From UHGV virus genome UHGV-1493261: a stretch of DNA of 64,000 nucleotides; one strand, written 5' to 3'. The notes beneath the pieces were generated by a model. That model did no database searches. It had not been told where the DNA came from and was given only the letters and a program-made list of their open reading frames with translations. Below are positions 1 through 9,086 of this stretch, in pieces. The DNA comes from a virus. A program made the position numbers and the translations under genes. Each line of letters starts with the position of its first letter. Position 1 is the stretch's first letter.

Positions 1-248
1 GTACGAGCTTCTGGAAGGGCTGGAACTCTTGCACGATGATGTCCAGCATACCCTTGTTACAAGTGGGAACGCTGGCCGACAACGTCACAGGTACAGTGCG
101 CACTTCTGGGTTCCAGAGTTCGGAAACAGAAATTATTGGCGTGACAAAGATGCGACAGCTCGTAAACAAGAGCATCGAGCATGCCAACAACAATCTACTG
201 ATCCCGCGCATCAGGGTCACAAAATATCTCCACAGTAAAGGTGCTATT

Positions 249-761
249 ATGTCCAACGTACAATTTAAGAACGAAAACCCTAATTTCGCGGCGTCCGATA
301 AGTGGCGTCTGACTATCGGAGACCTTGTACTCCTAACCCGTAACATCCATGACTTCAGTATACCAGGGGTGTACTCCGAAGGCATCGATGGTCCGTCTCC
401 TGGCGACGTGTTGGTTTCTATCCCATCAGAGCGTTTAACCTATGATCCCGTCGTATTTACTTTCGTTATCGATGAGGAGTGGAAATCATGGTTACAGATC
501 CACCAATGGATCACCAGCAACGTCGGCAAGGATTTGCCTGTCAGCAAGGACATTACCATTGAATTGCTGGATAACCTCAATCGACCGATTGGCCTCACTC
601 TCGTGCTGGAGGAAGCCCGCCCGACTGCTTTGGACAACGTACTGGTGGACGTAGACGCGGCTGTACCTCAGCTGGTGACGACAGTGACCTTCAAGTTCCA
701 ACAGCTGGTTCCACTATCTGGTGGGAAGGCGATTGATTCTAATCCACGAAATGCGGTATAA
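249..761 (+). CDS. tail tube protein-like (gp19 family); start uncertain
   Basis: Track ORF 36..761 is open in-frame to the window edge. Internal ATG 249 is preceded by AAAGG. From M249 (171 aa) the segment TYDPVVFTFVIDEEWKSWLQIHQW resembles T4 gp19 TFDDWTVTVMNDEAHDARQKFVDW as recalled. Length fits gp19. Confidence 0.45.
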   Translation: MSNVQFKNENPNFAASDKWRLTIGDLVLLTRNIHDFSIPGVYSEGIDGPSPGDVLVSIPSERLTYDPVVFTFVIDEEWKSWLQIHQWITSNVGKDLPVSKDITIELLDNLNRPIGLTLVLEEARPTALDNVLVDVDAAVPQLVTTVTFKFQQLVPLSGGKAIDSNPRNAV

Positions 762-791
762 TTCTATGACATTGACAAGCTGGGATATTTT

Positions 792-1244
792 ATGAAAGAA
801 CAACTACAGACAATGGCTACCGAGGACATCATGAACGAACTGGAGCCGCTGATCACAGTGGACCCAGAAGACATGAACCTTGACCAGATCTCGCTGAAAA
901 TCGGGCGCTCTTGGATGGCTGTACAGCGGCATTATCTGCGCGAGGGGCGTTATCTTGAATTTCTCAACGGGCGCTTCCGCCAGATCGATCTCTATCTGCG
1001 CCGCTACTATGCAGGGGAGTTGCCCCCTAACATCTACGCAGAGCGCCCCCTGAAGGTTCGCCCCCTGAAGTCTGACCTGGATACATGGGTCAAAGCAGAC
1101 GATGACTATGTGGAGTTGTCTGTTCTGTTACAAGAACAAAAAGCAAAAGTCAAGTTCATAGAGACTTGTTTGGATCGCCTGAACAAACTGGGATACGAAG
1201 TGAAAAATGCTATTGAGTGGAGAAAATATATTGATGGTGTATAA
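792..1244 (+). CDS. uvsY: UvsY-like recombination mediator
   Basis: 150 aa. YYAGE and C-terminal KSDLDTWVKADDDY...LQEQ...FIETCLDRLNKLGYEVKNAIEWRK align by eye with T4 UvsY (YYSG ... KSEMKTVLSADKD...LQYW...FCSGALDAIKSRGFAIKHIQDMR). GGGA RBS. Confidence 0.55.
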   Translation: MKEQLQTMATEDIMNELEPLITVDPEDMNLDQISLKIGRSWMAVQRHYLREGRYLEFLNGRFRQIDLYLRRYYAGELPPNIYAERPLKVRPLKSDLDTWVKADDDYVELSVLLQEQKAKVKFIETCLDRLNKLGYEVKNAIEWRKYIDGV

Positions 1245-1259
1245 CGAGGATCACACATA

Positions 1260-2006
1260 ATGGCATCTCTCCAGGATCTACGCAAGCTGAATGACTTCGA
1301 AAACCGTCATTACACATTCCAGCAATACGAACTTCCTCATAAGGAACTGGAGTGTGTTACGACGGAGAACGGTCGTCATTACGTTTCACCGTCTGGTGTT
1401 AAACTGACATCCGTCACGACTATGCTGGGACGCACTGGAGATCATGAATGGCTTGAGTCTTGGAGGAAGAAGCTGGGCGCAGAGGCCGCTGACCTTGAGA
1501 CTATGCGCTGTGCTGACCGAGGGGAGAAGCTGCACCTTGCGTGTGAACTGTATCTAAAGAACCGCCCAATGAAAGAAGTGTTGGAAGCGGCTGGCGAATA
1601 CATGTTCATGTTCAAGCAGCTGTTCCCTTACCTGAACAAGATGACAAAGATCTATGCTCAGGAGATCCCATTATATAGCGAGGTGCTTGGTCTTGCAGGT
1701 CGTGTAGACCTTATCGGGGTTTATGAGGGTAAACCTGCTGTCATCGACTTCAAGACATCGAACACCATGAAGACGCGGGGCATGATCGAGGATTACAGTA
1801 TCCAGCTGTGCTTATATTCGGTCATGTTCCAGCAGATGTTCGGCGTCAAGATCACCCGCCTCATCAACGTGATTGCCAACGAGTCTTCCCCTCTACCAAC
1901 CGTCATTGAGTTCAACCGTGATGACATTCTGACTAAGATGTTTGAGCGTGTTCGTCTGTATCATCGCATGGATAAAGAACAAAACGGAGTCTGGCCGGAT
2001 CACTAA
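1260..2006 (+). CDS. RecB-family PD-(D/E)xK nuclease
   Basis: 248 aa. GRVDLIGV ... AVIDFKTS ... QLCLYSVMF (D, ExK-like and QxxxY motifs). GAGGA RBS. Sits between uvsY and uvsW. Confidence 0.5.
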   Translation: MASLQDLRKLNDFENRHYTFQQYELPHKELECVTTENGRHYVSPSGVKLTSVTTMLGRTGDHEWLESWRKKLGAEAADLETMRCADRGEKLHLACELYLKNRPMKEVLEAAGEYMFMFKQLFPYLNKMTKIYAQEIPLYSEVLGLAGRVDLIGVYEGKPAVIDFKTSNTMKTRGMIEDYSIQLCLYSVMFQQMFGVKITRLINVIANESSPLPTVIEFNRDDILTKMFERVRLYHRMDKEQNGVWPDH

Positions 2007-2034
2007 ATACCCCATAATCCTTGGGAGATTTTGT

Positions 2035-3543
2035 ATGGCAGACATTCAGATTGTTAAGGTTAACGAAGTCCGCATGCGTTGCATCGCAGATCTTTCTATC
2101 AGGGAAGAACTTAATGACTACTTCAAATTCGAAGACCCGAACTTCGTTCCCAACCCCTTCTCTAAATGGGACGGGGTTGTCCGCCTATTTACCAAGTCAT
2201 CTGGTCTAATCGATATCGGTCTGCTGTTTGAGGTATTTAAGTTCTGTAAGAACAACGGATACACCATTGAACTGGATCCGGCACTGAAGTACATTCAGGA
2301 CATCCCAGATGAAGAAATCCGTGACTTCATCGACAGTCTGCATCCAAAGATCCGCACCGAAAATCACGAATATATCGATGCCGAGACTCGTGACTACCAG
2401 TACGACACCATTGCCAAGGCTATGCGTCAAACCAGATGCGTCTGTGAACTGGCTACGAGTGCCGGTAAGTCCTTTATTCTGTATGTCATGGCGCGGTACT
2501 ACAGGCGGCGCAGAGAAGCTCTCGAAAGTCCTCTGAAGACGCTTATCGTGGTGCCGTCAATCCACCTAGTCACTCAGCTGTACGACAACTTCGAAGAGTA
2601 TGCGCATGGCAGTGATTGGAAGCCCGTTGTTAACACCCAGCTGATTTTTGAGGGCGCGACAAAGGATATCAGCAAACCAATCGTCATCAGTACATGGCAA
2701 GGCATTCAAGACCAGCCGAAGGAATGGTTCCACCAGTTCGGTGATATCGTGGTGGACGAAGTGCACACCTCCAAGTCTGAGAAACTGTCTTACATCCTAA
2801 ACAACTGCATCTATGCCGACCAGCGCCTGGGGGTTACAGGTACGCTGGCGAACACCAAAGTTGCCGGGCTTCAGGTGGTGGCTCACTTCGGGGCGTACCA
2901 TAAGATCATCACGGCTCGCGACCTTATCAATCTCGGGTACGCCACTGACATCAAAGTGAAGATGATTCAGCTGAAGCACACTCCGGCGGATGCCGTTGGT
3001 CTGGACGGGGATTATTCCAAGGAAATAGAATACCTTATTACACACCAGTCCCGCAACGAACTGATCGCAAAGATGGCGCTGAATCTGAAAGGAAACGTGG
3101 CCATCATGTTCGAGCGTATTGATGGCCACATGATGGTCGTGTATGATATGCTGAGCGCAGTCAAGCCCAACGTGTTTGTCATCAACGGGGAAGTGAAGAT
3201 CGAAGACCGCCGCCACATACAGAAAGCGATGGAGGACGGAGAGGACATCACCCTGTTAGCATCATACGGAACAATGCAGCAGGGTGTGTCAATCAATAAG
3301 CTGCACCACCTTGTACTGGCACACCCGAGCAAGTCATATATCCGCGTCATACAGACATTGGGTCGTCTGATGCGTCAGCACTCCTCTAAGGACGTTGCGT
3401 GGATATGGGACTTAGTTGATGATGCATCGTATAACGCCAGCACGAACCACGCTCTTAGGCACTCTCATGAGCGTTACAAGTTTTACCTGGCAGAGCGCCA
3501 CCCTGTGGAGTTCATGAAGGTGGCGCTGGGTAATCACGATTAA
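2035..3543 (+). CDS. uvsW: UvsW-like SF2 DNA helicase
   Basis: Start moved to ATG 2035 (GGGAGA RBS) inside track ORF 1942..3543. Walker A ATSAGKS, DEVH box, and C-terminal LHHLVLAHPSKSYIRVIQTLGRLMRQHSSKDVAWIWDLVDD nearly matching T4 UvsW LHHVVLAHGVKSKIIVLQTIGRVLRKHGSKTIATVWDLIDD. Confidence 0.85.
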   Translation: MADIQIVKVNEVRMRCIADLSIREELNDYFKFEDPNFVPNPFSKWDGVVRLFTKSSGLIDIGLLFEVFKFCKNNGYTIELDPALKYIQDIPDEEIRDFIDSLHPKIRTENHEYIDAETRDYQYDTIAKAMRQTRCVCELATSAGKSFILYVMARYYRRRREALESPLKTLIVVPSIHLVTQLYDNFEEYAHGSDWKPVVNTQLIFEGATKDISKPIVISTWQGIQDQPKEWFHQFGDIVVDEVHTSKSEKLSYILNNCIYADQRLGVTGTLANTKVAGLQVVAHFGAYHKIITARDLINLGYATDIKVKMIQLKHTPADAVGLDGDYSKEIEYLITHQSRNELIAKMALNLKGNVAIMFERIDGHMMVVYDMLSAVKPNVFVINGEVKIEDRRHIQKAMEDGEDITLLASYGTMQQGVSINKLHHLVLAHPSKSYIRVIQTLGRLMRQHSSKDVAWIWDLVDDASYNASTNHALRHSHERYKFYLAERHPVEFMKVALGNHD

Positions 3544-3911
3544 TCTTGATTCACATAGGCGGGGGTGGCCTCGCCTTCATCAGATACTACGCCGAACAAT
3601 TTGTCCAGAGAAGCCAGACATTGTGAGTTCAGGTGTTCACTGATCGTATCCTTCAGCATTTGTTCACTACCCAATTTGAATGGCAGAACCTTCGCTTCGA
3701 TGCCGTTTTCAAACGTCACAACGCCGACATACAGACCAACTTTCAGGCCTGTCATCAAGCCAAGGGGGACAAATCGCGGTTCCGATGGTAAGTTCTTGTC
3801 TGACGCCAGCTGTGTCAGATAAACTGGGGTGCTTGTGACAAATTGCCCTGCGGTGAGGATGGCGTCTGGCTTACTGCATCCGACCGCATATAATCCTACG
3901 AACTGTTTCAT
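3540..3911 (-). CDS. hypothetical protein
   Basis: 123-aa minus-strand ORF convergent with uvsW. GAGAG RBS about 9 nt upstream of ATG. Protein-like composition, no recognised motif. Confidence 0.4.
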   Translation of the reverse strand: MKQFVGLYAVGCSKPDAILTAGQFVTSTPVYLTQLASDKNLPSEPRFVPLGLMTGLKVGLYVGVVTFENGIEAKVLPFKLGSEQMLKDTISEHLNSQCLASLDKLFGVVSDEGEATPAYVNQD

Positions 3912-4074
3912 ATATTACTCTCGTGTGTTGGTTAACATGACATACATATTATTTCGCGTGCATGTTTAGACCAAATAAATTAATTTTGCTGTTGAATAAA
4001 AACTGCTTTCTTGTTGAACAATGGCGTGGTATTATACGAGTTGTGAGCGTTAGCGAACAACGAGTATTTGTTTT

Positions 4075-4094
4075 ATGAGCGAAGCGAATAGGAT
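4075..4094 (+). repeat. 20-mer ATGAGCGAAGCGAATAGGAT, copy 1
   Basis: Exact 20-nt match to the reverse complement of 49249-49268. Both copies are directly preceded on the + strand by TATTTGTTTTA. Confidence 0.7.
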
Positions 4095-4101
4095 TAATAA
4101 A

Positions 4102-4140
4102 GATTATTATCTTTAATAAAGGTTATTATCTTTAATAAAG
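4102..4140. repeat. AT-rich tandem direct repeat (2 x 19-20 bp, plus partial third copy)
   Basis: TTATTATCTTTAATAAAG at 4104-4121 and again at 4123-4140; partial copy ATTAATAAAG at 4093-4102. In the 360-bp intergenic region upstream of gp45. Confidence 0.7.
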
Positions 4141-4272
4141 TCCATAAATGCCGAAGGCATTTATTATAACGCGTAGCGCAATTTGCCACTTGTTCTATAA
4201 GCAAAACACAGCGATACTAGATTGCGTCAAACATGACTTGAATCCCCCACTATATTTTGAGGATACATACAA

Positions 4273-4941
4273 ATGCAAGAGATCACTCTCTCCGAACGTA
4301 CACTTCAGTTGCTGGCCAACTTTGAGACCATCAACCCATCTATCGTTCTGACACCGGGCAAGATGCTGCGCAGTATTAATGATTCTTCTACTGTGATCGC
4401 CGTGGCGCAGATCGAAGAAGACTTCCCGTTTGAGTTCCCGATTCTGGACCTGACCAAACTTCTGGCCATCCAGCGCCTACCTTCCTTCAAAGGTGCCAAA
4501 GCCGAATTTCATCAGGACTACATCCTGTTGAAAGGTGAAAGCTCTCAACTGCAGTTCTGGCGCTCCGCCAAAGAACTGACTGTGGTCCCGGCCGACACCA
4601 TCGAACTGCCTTCCGTCGACTTTGAAGCGATCATCACTCCAGAGAAGATGAAAGAACTGACCCGCGCCTGTTCTACCCTCGGACACAAGACTGTGCGCCT
4701 GGTTGCTCAGGGTGGCAAAACACGCCTGGTTGCAACCACCACTACCCTAGACAACTCCAACAACTACACTGTTGAGCTGGGCGAAACCGCACTGCCGGAC
4801 TTCGTAATGCCGCTGGATGTTGCCAACCTGAAAATGATCGAAGGCAACTACACTCTGCGTGCATGTGCTGATCTACAGATGGTGAACTTCCAATCATCCG
4901 ACGCGACGATCAATTACTTCGTCGGCGCACAGATTGAGTAA
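4273..4941 (+). CDS. gp45: sliding clamp (gp45-like)
   Basis: 222 aa, GAGGA RBS. N-terminus LSERTLQLLANFETINPSIVL parallels T4 gp45 LSKDTTALLKNFATINSGIML. Immediately followed by the clamp loader genes. Confidence 0.75.
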   Translation: MQEITLSERTLQLLANFETINPSIVLTPGKMLRSINDSSTVIAVAQIEEDFPFEFPILDLTKLLAIQRLPSFKGAKAEFHQDYILLKGESSQLQFWRSAKELTVVPADTIELPSVDFEAIITPEKMKELTRACSTLGHKTVRLVAQGGKTRLVATTTTLDNSNNYTVELGETALPDFVMPLDVANLKMIEGNYTLRACADLQMVNFQSSDATINYFVGAQIE

Positions 4942-4961
4942 TCAATCTCCAGCCTGATGCT

Positions 4962-5000
4962 ATAATGTGTGGGCGGGGCGTTCCCCGCCTATTTGAAATG
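4962..5000 (+). promoter_or_regulatory. TATAAT / GC hairpin / ATTTGAAAT cassette upstream of gp44
   Basis: TGcTATAAT (4962-4967), hairpin GGGCGGGGCGTTCCCCGCC (4972-4990), TATTTGAAAT (4991-5000), then GAGG RBS and ATG 5022. Confidence 0.5.
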
Positions 5001-5021
5001 ATTCTTCTACACGAGGCTGAA

Positions 5022-6011
5022 ATGTCTAATATCACTATCGTTTCCGACCAGTACGCATGGGAAAACAAGTACCGCCCTGACAACCTGGACGAGATTATCA
5101 TCCCTCAAGACGTCCGCGCTAAAATCCATGGCTACATCACCAGCGGCAACGGCAACATCCCGTCTATGCTGTTCTACTCCCCTCAGCCTGGTACTGGCAA
5201 GACTACCTCTGCTCTGGCCGTGTGTAATGAAATCGGCTGTAAGCAACCACTGATGATCAACGCATCCCTGGACAACAGCATCGACGTTATCCGTGACCGC
5301 GTGATTCAGTACTCTACTGGTGTGAGTGTATTCGGTGGCCGCAAAGTCGTTATTCTCGACGAAGTAGAGCGTCTGTCTATGGCGGCACAGGAGTCGCTGA
5401 AGGGTATTGTGGAGAAAGTCTCCAAGAACTGTTCATTCATCCTGACCACCAACGCCAAGCAACGCGTGAACGAACCTCTGCGCTCTCGTTGCCGTGAAAT
5501 CGACTTTATCTGGAACGAGCAGGAAGCACTGGAAGTTCAGAACAAGTTCTGTTTGCGTTGCGTTGAAATCCTCCGCGCCGAAGGTGTTGAGTTCGTTCCC
5601 CAGGTTCTGGCTGCTATCGTTAAGCGCCATTTCCCCGATAATCGCCGCATTATGGGCACCCTGCAGGATAACGTCACCACCTATGGCAAGATTGACGAAC
5701 GCGCCCTGGCTGTGCTGAAAGCAGGCGATATGGGCACGCTGGTCGGTATGCTGAAGACTGAAGATTGGGCTGGTATGAAGCAATGGGTGACTGACAACCA
5801 GAACTACATCACAGAAGACTTCTATTCTCGCTTCTTCCAATTCTGTGTACCACAGGATAAAGAGAAGCCGACGATGGTTAAGAACGAGTCTATCCCAGAT
5901 CTGGTCTGTGTCTGTGGTCAGTCACAAATCGAACATCGTCAGGTGGGTGATGTGTGGCTTCACGCCGTTTATTTCCTGACCAACGTCATGCTCAACATTA
6001 AGTGGAAGTGA
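5022..6011 (+). CDS. gp44: clamp loader large subunit (gp44-like AAA+ ATPase)
   Basis: Start at ATG 5022 (GAGG RBS) inside track ORF 4965..6011. ENKYRPDNLDEIIIPQD vs T4 EQKYRPSTIDECILPAF; Walker A GTGKTT; ILDE Walker B; SRC-like SRCREI. Confidence 0.85.
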   Translation: MSNITIVSDQYAWENKYRPDNLDEIIIPQDVRAKIHGYITSGNGNIPSMLFYSPQPGTGKTTSALAVCNEIGCKQPLMINASLDNSIDVIRDRVIQYSTGVSVFGGRKVVILDEVERLSMAAQESLKGIVEKVSKNCSFILTTNAKQRVNEPLRSRCREIDFIWNEQEALEVQNKFCLRCVEILRAEGVEFVPQVLAAIVKRHFPDNRRIMGTLQDNVTTYGKIDERALAVLKAGDMGTLVGMLKTEDWAGMKQWVTDNQNYITEDFYSRFFQFCVPQDKEKPTMVKNESIPDLVCVCGQSQIEHRQVGDVWLHAVYFLTNVMLNIKWK

Positions 6012-6015
6012 TACG

Positions 6016-6438
6016 ATGGCCGCTCCTGCACTGTTCGATTTCCGCAACGCGCTCATGGAAACGAAGGAAGATATCCTCCGCACGACTGACCCAGAAGTGT
6101 TGAAGGCATTTGACCCGTTCATGATCCGGCGCTGTTTTGCTCAGAGTAAGGACACACTGGTAACGGCAGAGCAGTTGAATAAACTGCACGCCATCACGCC
6201 ATGGATGCAATGGTCATATGCCTTTTACACCATTCCGGCTCGGAAACGCTACGACAAATGGTCTAAGAAAGGTCCGATTGATCCTGACGTGAAGTTACTC
6301 TCAGAGTACTTCTACATCAGCATGGAGAAGGCATCGGAGTACGTCCGTTTCTTGCCGAAGGAAGTTCTGGCCGAGATACGCGAGAAGATGGGACGTACTG
6401 AGCTGAACGCCAAAGCGAAACCGCGCAAGGCTAAGTAG
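6016..6438 (+). CDS. gp62: clamp loader small subunit (gp62-like)
   Basis: 140 aa directly after gp44. ARKRYDKWSK resembles T4 gp62 RGKRYGKWAK. Synteny 45-44-62-regA. Confidence 0.65.
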   Translation: MAAPALFDFRNALMETKEDILRTTDPEVLKAFDPFMIRRCFAQSKDTLVTAEQLNKLHAITPWMQWSYAFYTIPARKRYDKWSKKGPIDPDVKLLSEYFYISMEKASEYVRFLPKEVLAEIREKMGRTELNAKAKPRKAK

Positions 6439-6467
6439 TTCAAACTATTGTAAAAGGGGAATGAGTC

Positions 6468-6932
6468 ATGGCGCGTAATACGCTAGACATATTGAATATT
6501 TCAGCAGTCAACGATGAGGCCAGCATCGTTGATTGTATGGTTGAAGTTCAATTGAACCAAGATCGGCCAGGTATATTCCTGGGGATCAAGGAAACACTGA
6601 GCCGGATTGGGGTAAACACGCGCCAAGAGCCGAATACTCTGTATCAGACTTGCCATATTCTTCATAAGTGTGGTAAGTATTATATCGTCCACTTTAAGCA
6701 TCTATTTATGCTGGACGGGCATTACAACGGATTTAACCGCGAAGATGTCCTGAGGATGAACCGAATCATCAAGCTGCTGGAGCAGTGGAACATGGTGAAG
6801 GTCATTCATCCCGAGCAGGTCACCGAAGCCGCCGATATGTCACGCATTAAAGTGGTTAAACACGATCAGGTTCCTGAATGGAAGCTGGTCCCAAAATACA
6901 TTATCCGGCCCACAAAGGCCAAAAGCGAATAA
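6468..6932 (+). CDS. regA: RegA-like translational repressor
   Basis: LYQTCHILHKCGKYYIVHFKHLFMLDG and EWKLVPKY match T4 RegA LYQSCHILQKKGLYYIVHFKEMLRMDG and EWKLVPKY. AAGGGGAA RBS. Confidence 0.8.
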   Translation: MARNTLDILNISAVNDEASIVDCMVEVQLNQDRPGIFLGIKETLSRIGVNTRQEPNTLYQTCHILHKCGKYYIVHFKHLFMLDGHYNGFNREDVLRMNRIIKLLEQWNMVKVIHPEQVTEAADMSRIKVVKHDQVPEWKLVPKYIIRPTKAKSE

Positions 6933-6948
6933 CTGGAGTCTCTAAATC

Positions 6949-7821
6949 ATGACAACTACATTTTCTAAGAACGTGAATCTGAATCTGGCTTTCGGTAATG
7001 CAAAGGGCGACGTCACATCGCCTGACTTTGGTAAGATCCGCAATCAGGCGAAACTGGTGCTGGAAGAGACCCGCGAACTGCTGGAAGCGGCGTTCTTTGA
7101 CCATGATGTGAAGGTGGAATTCACTGCAACTCCACGAGTCCTGAAAGAACCTGTTGTTGTCGACATCAAAGGCATTATGCGCCAGATCATGGATGCCCAT
7201 GGCGACATCACAACAGTCAACGACGGTGTGGCTCATATTGCTGGTTTCGACGGTGACGAATGCCTACAGCGCGTGTATGCCTCTAACATGAGCAAGTTCG
7301 TCCGCAATGAAGGTGAAGTTGTTCCAGCGCTGGAGTATTACTACAACAAAGGCTTCCCACGCGAAAGTCTACGCATCGAAGGGGAATTCCCTCAGGCATG
7401 CATCAAAGTGGTGGACACCATCACCGTCGACGGCAAAGAATACCCGGCTGGCAAGTTCCTGAAGAACATGGCAACCTTCAAAGAGCCTGACTTCTCTGAT
7501 ATGTTGACCACCGAGCCTAAGCGCCAGATCACCGAAATCATTCTGACGGGCACGGCTACCCCAGGTCGACTCAGTTCTAACGAACATGCTGGTGTTGCCT
7601 ACGCGCCGTTCGATTTTATTGACGAGATCGTAGGATACACCAAGATGGGCTTCCAGGCGTTCTCTGGTGAAACAATCGAGAGTTATATTCCTGTGTTTGT
7701 TTTCAATGAAGACAACTTCCCAACTCTGCCGTTGATCTGGGGTGAATGGAAAGCCAACGTTCGTATCTATGTGTCCAGCCCAGTACAATCATCTATCACC
7801 CAACTGACCCGTATCGATTAA
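6949..7821 (+). CDS. hypothetical protein; possible N-terminal MazG-like NTP pyrophosphohydrolase motif
   Basis: 290 aa, TGGAG RBS. N-terminal KLVLEETRELLEAAFF resembles the MazG EExxELxEA helix. Remainder unassigned. Confidence 0.5.
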   Translation: MTTTFSKNVNLNLAFGNAKGDVTSPDFGKIRNQAKLVLEETRELLEAAFFDHDVKVEFTATPRVLKEPVVVDIKGIMRQIMDAHGDITTVNDGVAHIAGFDGDECLQRVYASNMSKFVRNEGEVVPALEYYYNKGFPRESLRIEGEFPQACIKVVDTITVDGKEYPAGKFLKNMATFKEPDFSDMLTTEPKRQITEIILTGTATPGRLSSNEHAGVAYAPFDFIDEIVGYTKMGFQAFSGETIESYIPVFVFNEDNFPTLPLIWGEWKANVRIYVSSPVQSSITQLTRID

Positions 7822-7843
7822 GATATACAGTTATTCACTAAAC

Positions 7844-7876
7844 AACAGAGGCTATAATGGCCTCTGTTTTCTTATT
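7844..7876 (+). terminator. rho-independent terminator with TATAATG loop
   Basis: ACAGAGGC / loop TATAATG / GCCTCTGT followed by TTTCTTATTCT, after the stop at 7821. Confidence 0.6.
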
Positions 7877-7889
7877 CTGTGAGGATACC

Positions 7890-9086
7890 ATGAAAGACAA
7901 AGCCCTGGACGTCCCGTACTGCGGTGTCCGCGAAGAAAAGATAAAGTCGGCCAAACCGGTTCTCAGTCCGACCCATACCCGCCTGTCTTACGAATGGATG
8001 CGCGATCGTTATCAGATCCACGTCAAGAAGGACGTCCAGCGCCTTCCTGCTCCTTGGACTGATAATCCCATATTACGCCAGGTTAAATTCTGTAACGTCC
8101 GGAGAGAGCACGACAGGCAGTCTCTCAACCTGATCAATAACATTGTCAAGAACGATGCTCTGGGCATGGCAGACAAGATGTTCAACTGCGTGTTGTTCCG
8201 CATGTTCAACCTCTGGGATCCGATCCAGGCTATCGGCGGCGCGATGACGATCAAAGAATTCGCCAAGATCAACCTCGATGCAACCCGCGAACGACTTCAG
8301 AAGTTCGAGGCCGACGGCGGTAAAGTATTCACCAATGCCTTCAACACGGGCGGTCTGAAGCAATGCCTGGCTTTCCCTGAGATGGTTGTCAACCACAAGG
8401 AGCAGCGCTTCGGTGGGATGATGGTGAATCTGATCTGTAAAGACGGTTCAACCCAGAACATGGATTATAAAGAAGCCAAGGCGATAGCCGAAGCAGAGCC
8501 GGACTTCTACACCATCGAAGGTTGGGAACCGTACATGCCAATGCGTGTCATCCGCTCCCTGAAGGCATTCGTCAACAAGTATCCAAATTATTTCCATGAC
8601 CTGCTGCGCCTTGATACGCCTTTGGAAGTATACCAGCGCATGTACGACGACATCGAAGGGCTTGGTCCATTCCTGGCCTATCAGATCTGGGTTGATTTCA
8701 CGTACATTCCTGGATATCCTTTCAGTGAGAACCACTTCACGGTTGCTGGACCAGGCTGTCGCGCAGGGATTGATCTTCTGTTCCTGAACAAAGACGGTAT
8801 GACCCACGAAGAATGCATCTTCTGGTTGCGGGACAATCAGGACGCAGTTTATGGTCCTCTTGGGTATAACAGGGAAGAATTTTGGTCTGAGGAAGAGCCT
8901 TGGGATCGCCATTTAAATATAATGGCAGGAGAAAATATGTTTTGTGAACTTCAGAAATATACCCGTTGTGTAGAGGCCATACAGCAAGGTAAAAAACCGC
9001 GCGGGAAGGTTGGATACGATGGGGAAGGACGACCTAAAGCGACGACATCTGGTTCTAAAAACCTACTAAATTTATTTAAAAAGTAA
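7890..9086 (+). CDS. hypothetical protein (aromatic-rich, about 399 aa)
   Basis: Start at ATG 7890 (GAGGA RBS) downstream of the terminator hairpin at 7844-7876. Track ORF 7857 begins inside that hairpin. No recognised motif. Confidence 0.55.
   Translation: MKDKALDVPYCGVREEKIKSAKPVLSPTHTRLSYEWMRDRYQIHVKKDVQRLPAPWTDNPILRQVKFCNVRREHDRQSLNLINNIVKNDALGMADKMFNCVLFRMFNLWDPIQAIGGAMTIKEFAKINLDATRERLQKFEADGGKVFTNAFNTGGLKQCLAFPEMVVNHKEQRFGGMMVNLICKDGSTQNMDYKEAKAIAEAEPDFYTIEGWEPYMPMRVIRSLKAFVNKYPNYFHDLLRLDTPLEVYQRMYDDIEGLGPFLAYQIWVDFTYIPGYPFSENHFTVAGPGCRAGIDLLFLNKDGMTHEECIFWLRDNQDAVYGPLGYNREEFWSEEEPWDRHLNIMAGENMFCELQKYTRCVEAIQQGKKPRGKVGYDGEGRPKATTSGSKNLLNLFKK

Noticed and set aside
29-238. 69-aa + ORF at the window start in a second frame
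   Set aside because: His/Arg/Gln-rich composition is not protein-like; the overlapping frame of the tail-tube-like gene is more plausible.
1942-2034. N-terminal extensions in the ORF track (for example 1942, 4965, 14122, 19026, 21068, 36046, 37050, 39083)
   Set aside because: The track extends to the first ATG/GTG/TTG after a stop. In each case a downstream ATG with a proper RBS and non-overlap with the upstream gene or terminator is the likelier start.
3985-4000. MotA-box-like TGCTTT upstream of gp45 (T4 middle promoter signature)
   Set aside because: Only one occurrence in the window and the spacing to a -10 element is wrong (about 20 nt); no evidence for a MotA-type system.
4148-4351. 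67-aa + ORF spanning the control region and the start of gp45
   Set aside because: Starts inside the palindrome/promoter region and overlaps the gp45 start in another frame; no RBS.
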